Shown here one piece after another: positions 1 through 12,498 of a stretch of 64,000 bases of DNA. Source of the DNA: Tubiluchus corallicola (Eukaryota > Animalia > Priapulida); contig JAQGDQ010000444.1 in assembly GCA_030141605.1 (NCBI GenBank), positions 82,737-146,736 of the forward strand, read 5' to 3'. Position 1 is the first letter of the stretch. Every line of letters starts with the position of its first letter. The notes under the pieces are model-generated. The model did no database searches, was not told the origin of the DNA, and was given only the letters and a program-made list of their open reading frames with translations. A program made the translations under genes and the position numbers.

Positions 1-804
1 TATTTATCAGTTGTTAGGCCTGCTCAGGTGACAAATATTACTGATTTGCAGAATCTTGTGTACAAACAAGAAAAGATGCGCTGAGATACCTGTTATTAGC
101 ATTATTTCCTCATTTGAACAAATATTATTGTGCGCGTTGCAATTTTGTTTCATTACTGTCTAATTTTACCTGATTTTTACTCTCTCCAACTTTACATAAA
201 AATAGTAACTCCAAGTTGGCAGTTTTAAGAAAAACGCAAAAAAATACCAAAAACAATGGTATCTGCACTTTTAGGACTAGGAATTTTATGTAGGGTGTAA
301 ATTTTTTTATAGAAAATTAACTGAGTTTCGAATTATCCTTTTGGAAACCTGCGACAAACTTATTTCACCCCATTATGTGGCGCCACGATATGAGCATTTT
401 AGCTTGAGGACTAATATTAACGAGGTAGCTATACATTATGTACAATTTACCTGATTGCATTGTTAATCCTAAGCTTAGTGTCTGATAACTAAAGGAATAA
501 CATCGTGAGACCCCCCCAGCTATAAGCCCTTAACACACTCGACTAGTAGTCAGGTCTCAGGTACTCTCAGGCCTCATCCCAAGAAAAGACCCTATTACAC
601 CGTAACAGACCATTTATATTTCTTCTTGTCTTTTTAATATTCCTTGTAATTAAGATTTTGTTATAGCATTATCCGGCGTTAAACATTTTCCTACTATTAA
701 GTGTTTGCAAAAATCTTACTGTTTTTCATTGAGTTATTTATTTATTCTTGTTTATTTTCCTCCACCTCCATGCTTAACGTTTGGCATGGAAAACCTAAAT
801 GTCA

Positions 805-1260
805 TTTAGAAAATTGGGAATCAAAGCATTAATTACGTGCACAGCAGTAAGGTGTTACGTGTTGTTATAGACAAGCATTTGTTTTTGAGTTACAAATGAA
901 TAACGTCAGGAAAAAAGGATGGTATAGATGGTTACAAATCTAATGAAACTGTAGTCTTATTCTTTAAAACCCTTATACTACCTATAATTTTGCATGGTGC
1001 TCCAGCTTGGATGGCACGCAAAGATCGCTTCTTTGATGATCTTATGTAAGATGTTATGAAAACTGGAACAGGCTGTAACTTTCACCGGTCTCGTGAAAAA
1101 TTCGAGTTGATCTGTAGTCTGCCACCTCTCGCCATAATCTTTAAAAGTGTAGCTGCAAAATTTATCCTGAAAGTATTATCTGCCTCAAATGATGATATTG
1201 TTAAATTACACTTGATAAATAGTCATGCTTATCCTCATCTTAATTATAATCACTTTTTAC
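805..1260 (+). mobile_element. Decayed non-LTR retrotransposon (CR1/L2-like) RT C-terminal fragment
   Basis: Manual translation gives KIGNQSINYVHSSKVLRVVIDKHL (~811-880) and FKTLILPIILHGAPAW (~963-1010), matching the K-LGV-ID--L and LILP-L-YG---W motifs downstream of LINE RT; frameshifted; boundaries approximate. Confidence 0.6.
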
Positions 1261-2149
1261 TTTAATTACTAGCCTATACAGGCGAATTTTTAAAAAACAG
1301 TAAAGATATAAACTGTATGAAGAACTTCTGAAGGTAAAATTGCTAAGACATCAGTATATTGCAGAACACAGGTGAGTTTATTTATAAAAAATCAGTAACA
1401 GCACATGTTGATTCAATGATCTCTGACAGCCAACTGCCCAGGTAAGTTTTCTATAAAGCAAGGAAGCCAGCAATTCTATGAAGGGTAAATGTTATGCATA
1501 CTACATAGTTCAAGGATGAAAGTTTAGACTGTATATGAAGAAATAGATTTATTTTACAGCTGAAATTTCTTGTGTGGGATTTTTAATGTTTTAACCAGAG
1601 ACTGCAATAATATGACATAATGAACAAAAAATAATGACATATGACATAATAATAAAAATAATGACATCGTGAGCTTCACGACAAACTGGCGTAAGAAGGA
1701 TATAACATCTTTACCACCACCTACGTTTCAATACAAGAAAAGTGAACCAAACTGCACAAATGATTGGCGTTGGTCATCAGAAGACGCTAAAGATACAAAA
1801 GTACTAATACCCAAAATACTAGTCTTGCCACGTTTTCTGTTTCACTTTTCCAAAAAACCAGAAGAGAAAATTATATAAAAATAAATATGTTACAAAGTAC
1901 GCATTAAGATTAATATCAAATCTATCAGACAAAGATATTACAGTAATATATCAAGGATAAGCAAAAGATTCCACTGTAAAAATTACTTTAAAGGTTAAAT
2001 TAATTAGAAATTAAGACTGTAATGCATTTGTGGTAATGTAACATTCTCCAATGCTTAATTGTCATTTGAATTCTGTATATACTTTGTAATGTTTTATGTA
2101 TGTATAAGGCTGGGGTAGAAATCAGTTTATTTCTACATTTCAGAATTCA

Positions 2150-2822
2150 CTCTCACAGCTTTAGTTTGGAGGTATTTGTTCTCCCCTTGTACACCAAGTC
2201 TCTTGAGATACGTCTCGTTAACTTGACAATAATAGGGGAGTTCCTTTTTGGGTTGGGATCCTATGTGTAATGCTGATATCACTTTCATCAAGACTTTCAT
2301 TAATGTTCATTTTTCCTTGGATATGCAGTGTTTTCATCTGGTAAGACTAGTATGCCAGTTATGAGTAGTTATCTCTTCGCACATACTGTTCTAGAGCATC
2401 ATTCTCAGATTCTTTTTCCACTAGTTTTGTCTCGAGGACATTTATAGCCTTTCTCAGAACAACATTTGTCTGTTCACTCTTTTTTAGCTGTTTGTCAATA
2501 TCTGTGTATTTGTCATTTAGCTCATCGTATTTCTTTGATAGTAAGTTTTGACCGTGATCGAACTCAGGTCAGTCGAGATGGTTTTCAACTGCTTGGTAAA
2601 ATCTCGCCTCAGCTTCACCAATCCGTCCAATACGTTATTACTATCCTGATCTTCATGGAAGGAAGATCCGATATTGCCATCATCGTGTTCAGAATCTGTG
2701 TCATCATCAGAACTCACATCTGTCTTTGTTGGCGTCAACTTAGATCTGGGCGTGGTGGCAGCCACTAGAAAGCTCTCCACTGAAGCTATTTTCTTAGATT
2801 TCTTCTTTGCTTTAGGCATCAT
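2150..2822 (-). mobile_element. Decayed LINE ORF1 (coiled coil + RRM type)
   Basis: ORF 2517..2822 (basic then acidic N-terminus, coiled coil) continues after frameshifts into LETKLVEKESENDALEQYVRRDN and DISITHRIPTQKGTPPIIVKLTRR, typical LEQYsRR-N / HR---P-IIVK ORF1 motifs. Confidence 0.65.
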
Positions 2823-3342
2823 AGCTTATTTGAGTCACTCTGTCGATGATTACAGACAAAAAATTGGTTTAACATATGTTATATTACAAATTTTTCGGTA
2901 ATATAATCAAAAATATTTCCCAACTTAAATTTTATAAACCGGCGCCATTTGCGACCGCAGCGCCATAAAGGACTATTAACAATTTCATTTATATTTTTAC
3001 GGCTTATTCGCAGCAAAGTTGCGGTAGTACAGTTGCCATAATCCTATTGTCAACTAAATTTAAAGGAAAGAAGAAGTCACTCAGCACGTTGTGTTTATTT
3101 CACTATTATCACTAAAACTTAGAAAAATACAACAAACAAATTTGCCAAAAAATTGTTTACAAAGCAAAAAATTAAATTGAAAATTTCAGGTGTGGTTGTT
3201 TCTGCCATTCGTATGAAAATGATTACAAGATTTCATTACTTTTCTTTAGCTCGTCGTGGCTTTCTAATTCTTTCTAAAGGTGAGCTGCTTAAACTAATTC
3301 AAACTTCTGCAACTTGCCTAAAGTTGACGCGAAAGTATAACA

Positions 3343-3514
3343 AATTAGCTACCTAATTTTTTTGTAAAAATGTCTTTGATGAAAATTAACAGTGCACTAC
3401 TTTTCTTCAGGACGAATGACGTCATTGGAAGAAAAATGGGTGTTCAAAATGGAAGCGCCCCATGTATGAAGTGATCGCAACTTTAATATGATTTTTCTAC
3501 ACGCTTATTGCAGT
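3343..3514 (+). repeat. Interspersed repeat copy A, inverted relative to 6085..6241
   Basis: aattagctacctaatttttttgtaaaaat...gacgaatgacgtcattggaagaaaaatgggtgttcaaa is the near reverse complement of 6121..6241; weaker similarity continues to ~3514/6085. Confidence 0.8.
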
Positions 3515-3957
3515 ATGCCTAACTTCCCTAAAATATGCCTAACTTCCCTAAAGACTTGACCTTCCTTTTAAGTCAGAACGTTTCCGTGTTAGAGTTTGCG
3601 GGGGCGCCTCGTTTTCGTACCGTGGCCACTGCAGCGTACAAAGAACCCATCGTTGAACTGACTAGCCATTCATTATACACACCACGCGTGGCATGTTCAA
3701 CAGAAATGAGAGGTAAAAGTGTATTTTTTAACCTGAATTTCTCACAGGATTTTTTGAGTGTCAGTACAGCAGGTCGGTAACCTCTTCTATTTGCATTGCA
3801 TTGTTTATTTGTCAGATTATCAAAGGCAGTAGACAACAGCAAAGCTAAAAGATACTACTGTACAAAACGCATGTCGGTAATTTTAGTGGAAATGTTCTAT
3901 CAGTCTGTTACAATTCATTTCTTATAAAAGTAGTACAAGCGGAAATCAATTTTAAAT

Positions 3958-4463
3958 ATGGACACAGTTTGCAGATTTGTGTTTTTTAGCATTATCTGTG
4001 GCATTATAAGTTTTACCGTCTATTTTTTATCTATTTTCACTGATACGGTAAAAGTGAGCAATGATTATGAATTATCAAAGCGACAGTCCAACCTACAAAT
4101 GCTGTCAGGGAATCTTCCTGTATTTATCCACCAGGGACCACCAGCAACAAACTTCAGTTTTAATTTCAGTGGCTCGGACACGATTGTGTTTCTGCACATC
4201 CAGAAAACAGGAGGTAGCAATTTTGGGCGCCATCTTGTTGTTAATACTGACATACCCAAACCATGCGAATGTAAAAGTATTAGTACAGGAACAGGGCTTA
4301 TGTCATGTAAGTGTCATCGTCCAGATTCTGAGAGAGGAATCTGGTTGTTTAGTCGGTTTACTACCGGATGGCCATGTGGTGTTCACGCAGACTGGACAGG
4401 ACTTCTGCCATGTGTAGATCGTGTGTTGAATAAAAAAACAGCAAAATCTGATGGCAAGAGAAA
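3958..4463 (+). CDS. HS6ST: Heparan sulfate 6-O-sulfotransferase, coding exon 1
   Basis: N-terminal TM anchor; DTIVFLHIQKTGGSNFGRHLV (5'-PSB loop); C-C-RP, WLFSRFTTGWPCGVHADWT motifs diagnostic for HS6ST; donor AA|GTAAG at 4463/4464, phase 2. Confidence 0.96.
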
Positions 4464-4874
4464 GTAAGAACAAATTTTACGATTTCTAAAGCAGTTTTAG
4501 TATAAACAGAATATTATAGGATTGGATCAGACAGTTTAAGAAACATGATTTAGGATTCTCACAACAACAAATTATATTCATTATTAACAAAAACATATAC
4601 AGTAAGAATTGACTATACCTACACAAGCTGAAAAGTTTTACTACAGATTATATTAGATATATTTGTAATAAATCGACAGTTAAAAAATTTTAATGTTCGA
4701 ATATTTAAGGCTGACGCATTTCACATGAGATAGAAACTACTAAGTACGAAGTGTTTAGTACGAAATGTACAGTCTTCTACTCATTGGAATATCTTACAAT
4801 TAATAACGTAATTAAAATTATCTTTTGGAACACAATAACAACTTCGACAAATCACTACTTCCTACAGCTATATT

Positions 4875-5065
4875 AAAGCACAAGAAAACCCTCCACTTAC
4901 ACCAAGCTTAGAAAATTTGTCTTGAACTTTATACCCCTTACGCACTGCGTTTGCATGCAGTGTTTGCGCCAGTAGTAACGCTGTATAAAACTTGTAAATT
5001 TAAACTCCGCGGTGACCGTTAGTTTAAAGAGAGGTCGTTTGAAACAAGTTTAGACAACAATGTGT
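4875..5065 (+). repeat. Interspersed repeat, inverted copy at ~48030..48230
   Basis: aacttgtaaatttaaactccgcggtgaccgttag...ggtcgtttgaaacaagtttagacaaca matches the reverse complement of 48031..48115; similarity extends to aagcacaagaaaaccc. Confidence 0.7.
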
Positions 5066-5249
5066 AAAGTTTGAAAAAATAATCAGAGCATTCGTAAAAT
5101 AGTAAAATTTTTAATTACTGTATTTTGTCAACAAGATTAAAAACATGTTTCTGGTTAATGAGTGGCGCACCCTGTATGGTAACCCAGCGACGTACTACCA
5201 ATTCGCACGAACATTTTAAATTTTTATTTATTGTTTCATAAGACTTTCA

Positions 5250-5420
5250 AGCAGGCAAGCGAAATGCTAAGTAATATAGATTTGCAAGGAAAGTTTTTGG
5301 AACATAATTTGGCATTGCCTTTTCTTCCCCGGATTTATATTTGTGTAGGTGACGTCATGTAATGGCGCTGTTGGAAGAGTACTGAGGGGGATTTAAAATG
5401 AAAACAAACAAAAATCCTTT
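5250..5420 (+). repeat. Interspersed repeat, direct copy at ~61040..61190
   Basis: Shared gaaatgctaagtaatatagatttgca.ggaaagttt...gtgacgtcat.taatgg.gctgtt...gatttaaaat.aaaacaaac. Confidence 0.75.
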
Positions 5421-6084
5421 GCATTAAGTAATGTAATATGATTTTTCAGAAACGTACTTCATTTACCTCTTTTCTTCACCTTTAAGGCATTGACGCAGTA
5501 CTAGTTCATTTAATTTATCAAACAAAACAACCCTAGTTTGTTGACACAATGGGCAGTGGAATAAAAGTGTTCAACCGACTCTAATCGAAATCCACAGTTG
5601 TAAACAAGTACACGATCGCTTCGTGATACTTTTCTTAATGATGCTATAAAAAGAGAAACAGACTCTTAGAATGCGGACATACAAATTTCAACAAGCGGAC
5701 AAATCCAGGCCTTGATTCGGACGGCCCAAAATGATTTATAATTCCATGGAATTTACAGGCATTACATGAAGAACTACTTTAAATATTAAACACACACCAC
5801 AAAAACTTTTATACGTTGCACAACAGACCATGCATTGATTAAGAGGAAATTAAATAGTGTTGGAAGACAGACGGCTCTATTCGGCTGTTTCTGGTGGCAG
5901 TTTTTCGACATGGCAGTTTTTCTGTTTGTTCCAGAAGAAACACTGCGGGTAGAAATAATTAGAATGTTGGTGATTAAAATACAATGAAAAGTGGTTCAGT
6001 GTGTGAAGCTAAAAGGTCAAGCCTTCTGGGAGGTTAGGCTTAGTTCAATGTTCGCGAAAAATGTTTGAAGGATTTAGTAATAAA

Positions 6085-6241
6085 ACTGAAATAAGCGCCT
6101 CGTGTAATTAGTAAAATCACTTTGAACACCCATTCTTCTTCCAATGACGTCATTCGTCTGTCTTTGTGACAAAAGTAGGGCACTGTCAATGTTCATAAAA
6201 ATTATGATAAATTTTTACAAAAAAATTAGATAGCTAATTAG
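6085..6241 (-). repeat. Interspersed repeat copy B in HS6ST intron, inverted relative to 3343..3514
   Basis: Direct sequence comparison; contains TGACGTCA at 6145..6152. Confidence 0.8.
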
Positions 6242-6510
6242 TTTTTAAAACAAAATTTAGAGCAGGAAAGGAATTTGAAAAAGTCGAGACAAACGCCTTG
6301 ACTTACAAGGTACCAGTACCGCAACCACCAGTTCAAACACACAATATTAATTATGGCACCCATGAGTTGCTCACTAATCTACCCCTATAGCTTAGAGCTC
6401 ACCAAATAATCTAGCATGTCCAGTTTCTACCATTAGTTTCTTTTTGGTTTAGTTTTGTTTAAAAATTATTCCATGATTAATAATACTTATTCAATTTATT
6501 CTTGTTAAAG

Positions 6511-7105
6511 GTACTACTACGTAACTGTATTACGGGAGCCAATTCAACGGTATCTCAGTGAGTATGCACACGTAGTTCGTGGTGCCACCTGGCCAAAGTC
6601 ACTTCATAAATGCAATGGACGTCGTCCCACGCCCAGCGAACTTCCAGGGTGTTACAAAGGAGATTCTTGGAAAGGAGTCTCCTTGGATGAATTTCTAAAC
6701 TGTGAATCAAATCTTGCACGAAATCGACAAACTAGAATGCTCAGTGATTTGACTCTAGTAGGATGTTATAATAAATCTGCCATGTCCAAAAAAGACAGAG
6801 ATATGATCATGTTACAGAGTGCTAAATTAAATCTTGAAAACTTTGCTTTTTTTGGATTGGCAGAAGAACAATTGAAGTCACAATGTCTGTTTGAAAAGAC
6901 GTTTAATATAAGATTCACAAACGCTTTTCATCAGGTCGGAGCAAGTGCCACATTTGCCGGTAACGTAACTCTGACTAACATCCAAGGAAAACGAGTCATA
7001 CAACAAAATCAACTTGATATTCAATTATATGACTTTGCAAGAGAGCTGTTTATGAAAAGGTTTAACCAAATTAAAAGTGATTGCTTGGACACAGGTACAC
7101 AATGA
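6511..7105 (+). CDS. HS6ST: Heparan sulfate 6-O-sulfotransferase, coding exon 2
   Basis: Acceptor tttattcttgttaaAG|G at 6510/6511 completes the phase-2 codon; reads YYYVTVLREPIQRYLSEYAHVVRGATWPKSLHKCNGRRPTPSELPGCY and runs in frame into ORF 6683..7105 (NLARNRQTRMLSDLTLVGCYN, AKLNL, FFGLAE, NQLDIQLY); joined CDS 1101 nt = 366 aa. Confidence 0.96.
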
Positions 7106-7479
7106 TATTATAGTCAAAAATATTTATGAAAATACCTCAAATTTCAAAATTTACATTGCTCTTATAATTGCTATTATTGTCACGACTGCTATACAGTAGA
7201 AAGATGAACGATAAGATTTAAATTGAACTTCGAAGTAGAATCCTTCCATTTTCCAAAAGTGCTGAAACAGTTGCACAAACGAGTCATGCTCTTAAACCAT
7301 TGGGCTCTGGGGGTTGCAGGTGAGTTTGCTAGTGTTATTACATCATGAGTATTGTAGGTGCATGGTTGCACATGTGCAGGTGTGTTAGTTTGAAGACGCG
7401 ATAAATACGGGTTGAGAAATGTAGCACAATGAAAGAAAAAAGAAGTATTTTAACTACGGATCTTAATCGCATAATATTG

Positions 7480-8305
7480 ATTCTACTGGTATATATATAT
7501 AAGATTCGAGGCTACAGCTCCGATGACGGCACCATTTGCGACGAACTATGCATCAAACGAAAGGTCTCGATCTAGTGTCGTGCCATTGGGGGTTTATTTT
7601 TCGAATCGGGCCCACCGGGACGAACGGGGGGCGAAAGACCTCCAAAAATGGCCATTTTTCGGCCGTTTTTTCGCAAAACTTATGCGTCTGAGATCTGAAG
7701 AACTGGAACTGGACATGCGTGGTGCTGGCAATGAATAGATAGCCCGTCCAGCTGTGGGTGTAGTAGGCATATTTAGAATTCTTGAGAGGGCCACTGCGTC
7801 CGGTAACGGGCTTTTTCCCGGACCCAACTCGCGATTTTTTCGAAATTTTGACCAAACAGCATGCAGAAAAACGCTCTGGCAGCGCCTGGTGGGACTCTCG
7901 GAAGGAAATATATAGCTCTTTAAAAAGAAGAATAACAGGGCTATACGATGATATGGACTATATGTTAGGACACGTCCACCAAAAGAAGTGACGACGAGTT
8001 AATTAGATGTTCTATTTTTGGCAGTTTTCGCTTGGAAAACTGCTGACGCAAAGCCATTGTTCTGAGGTCATCCATTGCACTCTGCTTATAACCTTATAGC
8101 TTTAATTCAATAAAAGCTGCTGCTGCTGGCTTTGCGTTATAAGTGAGGACTGTGTAGGATGTTCGCGTATTATTGGTGAGAAATTCTTTTGCGGGGCCTT
8201 TGCTAGAGGTATATATTAATTCTACTGGTATGTTATATATATATATATATAAGATTCGAGGCTACAGCTCGGACGACGGCACCTTTTGCGGCGATCTATA
8301 TATCA
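7480..8305 (+). mobile_element. ~750-790 bp Helitron-like non-autonomous repeat unit plus start of a second tandem unit
   Basis: aagattcgaggctacagctc recurs at 7501 and 8251; 3' end ttttgcggggcctttgCTAG at 8187..8206; same family reversed at 22630..24880. Confidence 0.65.
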
Positions 8306-9398
8306 AGGAGGAAGGAGCATAGAGCTTTCGAGTCCTGCTCCAGATAAGTGGAACAATTGACAATTAACATTGCATAGAAACTAATTTTAATGTTTTCAAT
8401 GTTTAAGATTTTAATGTTCACACAGTCAGATATTTCTTCTGCACTTTAAACTTTATTTGCACACATTACTTCACAACAACTTGTTTCAGTAATTATAACA
8501 TACTAAGCACATAATTATATGACGAAGTCATGGTATCAAAAAATTGAGATGTTTGTGATGTGAACAGAGTTGAACCTGGCTCATTATCGGTTATTTCAGA
8601 TTAGAATCATCTTCTATGTGCTGGATGTAAATAACATCTTAGCTATATTCTTCACAATATTTCGATTATTATCAAATTCCAAACAGGATTGTTTACAGAG
8701 CAGATTTGACAAATTAATTTCACACCATGTTTAATCTTCGCGAGAGTGTGTGAATGCAGAGTTTGCTCAAATATTTGACGAGGTTATTGAACATTATTGG
8801 TTTCTGTTGCTTATTGTACAAAGTATGTGATTATTTGTTCTATTTTTGAAGTTTAATTAACAGTATACAAAACTAAAGTATTGAAATGATGTATGCAGCC
8901 ACCTACATACCTTTTTGGCTAATTGTCTAGAGTTTATCAGGAATAAGTTCGTTTTACATTTGTTTAGTGGCCTAATTAAATTGTTAATTTTATTCTTGGA
9001 AAGAATTTCATCATTTGACTAATTGAATGCAGAAAGCCCAAGACAGCTCTTTCTATGCAATAATCTTTATTCTGCTCAATGAAGCCCAAGTACACTTTGA
9101 CATCGATGTATCTAGTAATCTGTAGAGTACAAGTTACCTTTCCATTTATGGACTATCTGTGTACATATGATGTATCCTCTAATAAGAATTTGCTCTAGTC
9201 GTGATTTATAACTCTGTTCTCCCAAGGCATACAAGTTTAGTTGATATTTATGTTTTTTGAGCAACGTTTTTTGAGTGCAAGATTTCTGAAATTTTTATGG
9301 CAATGAAACAAGTTATACAGTTATTCTATATTCCACCATCAGTAATAACTTGTTCAATGTTTCACAATGTCAACAAGCAGAATGCAAATTACCACACC

Positions 9399-10600
9399 TG
9401 GTGCCGAAAACAGCTGCTGATGAACTGGAATTGGTGCACAGTGCATTAAGTGTCAAATTTCGGTGCGGGATGTGGCTTAGATGAACAGTACATTAAGTGC
9501 TGCATTTCTTGCACTCACCTGCATTCCTTACAGCATGACAGATCAACTCAAATCTTCACAAGATCACCGGAGGGCGTTCCTGATGCTGAAATACATACCG
9601 ATGTAATTGGGCTGATGTCACGTCCAGAATTAATGGATCTTACACAAAGAGAATTGAAGGATCTCTCACGAGACCAACTTCTACCAGTTTATGGTACAAA
9701 AACTGAGCAGATTCGCAGATTACTGGAACACAGAGAGCAAAATGCCCGTGCCAGCCCAAACATAATAGAGGAGGAACCGAGGTCTGATTTTGATGAGGAG
9801 CTAGGAGAGAGTGAAGATGATGAGGCACATCCATTATTTTGACTGATGCAAAAACTCAGCATCAAGCTGCCCCTGAAGGTTGATCAGGAGATTGAGATGT
9901 TCCTGCAGAAAGTCAGAATACTCAGCCACAGATTTACCGATATGCGTTATGACATGATTGGATTTAGTAATTCTTTGTATGATTTGTTAATCTTTGAAAA
10001 TGTTAAAACTTTGATTGACAAAGCAAACAATTATCTTTCTCATTATACAGATATCATAAAAGAATTTACCGAAACTTATGGAAAATTGATCATGCTTCGC
10101 AGGCATCTAATGATAGTGATTCTGATGCCAACTTTAGGAACTCGAGATTACACAAGTTTCAATTACCCACTTTTTCGGGTGATGGTGATGATTTTCAGGG
10201 TTTCTGGTCAATTTTTCATGATAAGATTCACACACTGCTGACCTGTAGTAAATGAATTACCTGAATAAGTCTTCTACTAGAAATTGTAAAATCCTTCCCA
10301 GTGATGTACGAAAATTATCAGGAGCCAGTCAATCATTTGGTAAAGTGATTTCTAAAGAAAGATTATTTGAATGATACAAACTGAGACTTGCTTGAAAATT
10401 TAGAAACATTTGCGTCAATTGAGTCATTACTGAGAACTTTGGCCATGTTGGGATATGAGGAAGAGCATTACGTAGTCAGACAAATTACCTGGCGTCTTTC
10501 AGCTAACATAAACAATGAATTGTGCTCTGGTATGACCCATGGTTCAAAGTGGAAAAAAGAAGACTTGGAGTGGTATGTTAGAGTGGTATGTTGGAGTGGT
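9399..10600 (+). mobile_element. BEL/Pao-like LTR retrotransposon gag relic with PBS
   Basis: TGGTGCCGAAA at 9399 (11-nt match to a tRNA-Phe-type PBS); ATG 9615 opens a SAP-like motif LMDLTQRELKDLSRDQLLPVYGTKTEQIRRL; KFQLPTFSGDGDDFQGFWSIFHDKIH near 10153 resembles the BEL/Pao gag (DUF1759) motif; several frameshifts. Confidence 0.65.
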
Positions 10601-10705
10601 GTGTTCAAGACATTGAAGTAATTCAAAGGGATAAAAATTCAGTGCCCATGCATTCATGGAAAAAATAGTAAATTGGGTCATTTGGTTCGAAGACAAATTA
10701 TACGT

Positions 10706-10792
10706 TCAAATTAAATGTTGTTGCAAAGCTGGTTGCAGGAAAAGATGTGCATGCAAAAAAACACTGCGAATGCTCTGGACTATGTAAATGTC
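10706..10792 (+). mobile_element. Cys-rich CXC-like C-terminal fragment of a transposon ORF
   Basis: IKCCCKAGCRKRCACKK / CECSGLCKC with one frameshift; resembles tesmin-like CXC tails of invertebrate DNA-transposon ORFs. Confidence 0.4.
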
Positions 10793-10999
10793 ACTGCTTG
10801 GATCAAAGAAATTAAGTAAGTCGTATGCTTGTTCACAGGCAATTCCTTGTACATTGTAACGAGTTTCTAACGCACATAAAATGTCCAAATCGCTGTTAGA
10901 ATGACCCAAACAATCATTCCTGAAACTTTGTTATGTGTACCCAGTCAGTACCCATTTCATCAAACTTTGTCCTTAACAGACCAAACAATATTAGTGTAC

Positions 11000-11640
11000 T
11001 GACTAGAATCTTTTTCTTTATCCAATACGGGTAGTTGTTCTTGCTTATAGAGGTGTGTATACTGTGTAGGATTTCAGATCTTAAGTATTTTAGGATTATT
11101 TTTAATAACTGTTCTCATCTTAGCATCTTTCATTATCATAGCACCAAGATAATGTATATGTAGTAGAATGTTTTATCACAATACTTTGTCAACAGTTAGC
11201 GTTACCCTGTCTTGGAAATCGCCACCTGAAAGTTTTCTGTTTTTAGGTCTTTGGGAATACACTGTTAGTTGTGTTGTCGATATTAAGATTTGCCAGTACT
11301 CTTTGTACCTAATGCATTTCTATAGGTTTAGGGGAAAATGAGCTATTGTTAGTGTGCTGTAACAAGTGAGTAAATTTGATACATGGTTATGCACTTATTT
11401 CACTAGCAAAATTTGTCCCAACATTAACAAAACAATTTTTGAGAAGGTTATTTGCATCGGATCTTTCGTTATTCCATTGTATTTCAATTCTGTGGCTAGT
11501 ATATGTTCTTGATTTGAATATTGCCTTTAATACCACAATTTTACGCGTTTTTTGTTATTGTGCAAAAAATTATATGTACATTTTTGGACTGCTCTTTGAT
11601 TTTAGTTTATGGGAATCGATCTTTTACATATTTTGTATAT
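11000..11640 (-). mobile_element. Decayed CR1/L2-like LINE ORF2 fragments
   Basis: Minus-strand ANNLLKNCFVNVGTNFASEI (EN-RT linker motif N-FF-NVG--LA) and YLGAMI (post-RT YLG motif), internally deleted. Confidence 0.5.
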
Positions 11641-12498
11641 AATGTGTTTTCATAATATTTCGTTTACATATATTGTTAACACTGTTACACTATATAATGA
11701 AACTTTTTCAGTTTCTGCTGTTTTAACGCACTACTCAGTTTCCAGATAAGTGTACAAAAATAAAAAAATTGACATAACTAATGCATGACAATTGCTTTTC
11801 TGCTGTTTAGCTATTTTGCAATGCATTGAATGATTTTTACTTGGCATGAGGCTTTTCTGCATACACTAGAAGAACGTTTATTAAAATTTAAAAGACAATT
11901 AATCTCAACACCCCGGACACTAAAAATAGCTGCAGTCACTCGTGTCTTTTAATCCGGTGGATAGTCCAGGCGCCTGGAACTAGTCCGGGTTTGCTTGCAG
12001 GCCATTATGGGTTTTTGCAGAAAATTCTTTTGCGGGTTTTGGCTAGTAATAAAATTATTACCTAATACAGAAGCACAAATGTTCGCACCAATGATTGATA
12101 AAACTTTTATGCATGAATTAATAAACTTAATAAATGTGTTAAAAACAAAAATAAATTACATGAAGAAACATCGCACAACATTAATCAGCCGTTACAGTCC
12201 AACACATTTCACAAGTACAACTAGATCATGTACTTATCAATATTGCAAAATCATAAAGAAATGTTAATTTTAGTATGATTAGAAAATCACTTACATTAAT
12301 TACAATAGCAGACTACTGAAAACAACTTATTCAACAAAACGCAAGCTCTGCACACTACAAGTGGCCAAGCCCAACAAATCCAGACTAAAAGTAGCCTACT
12401 ATCGAATCACCTAATTGCCAGCTGCCTTCTGGCCTCAGCATCGTTAAATTAGGGCAAACGCCGAAAACAAAATTTCAACAACTAACATAAAAACTTTC

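Noticed and set aside
7523-7991. Overlapping small ORFs recurring at 22902..24859 and 32703..33139
   Set aside because: GC-rich repeat copies; frames are not preserved between copies
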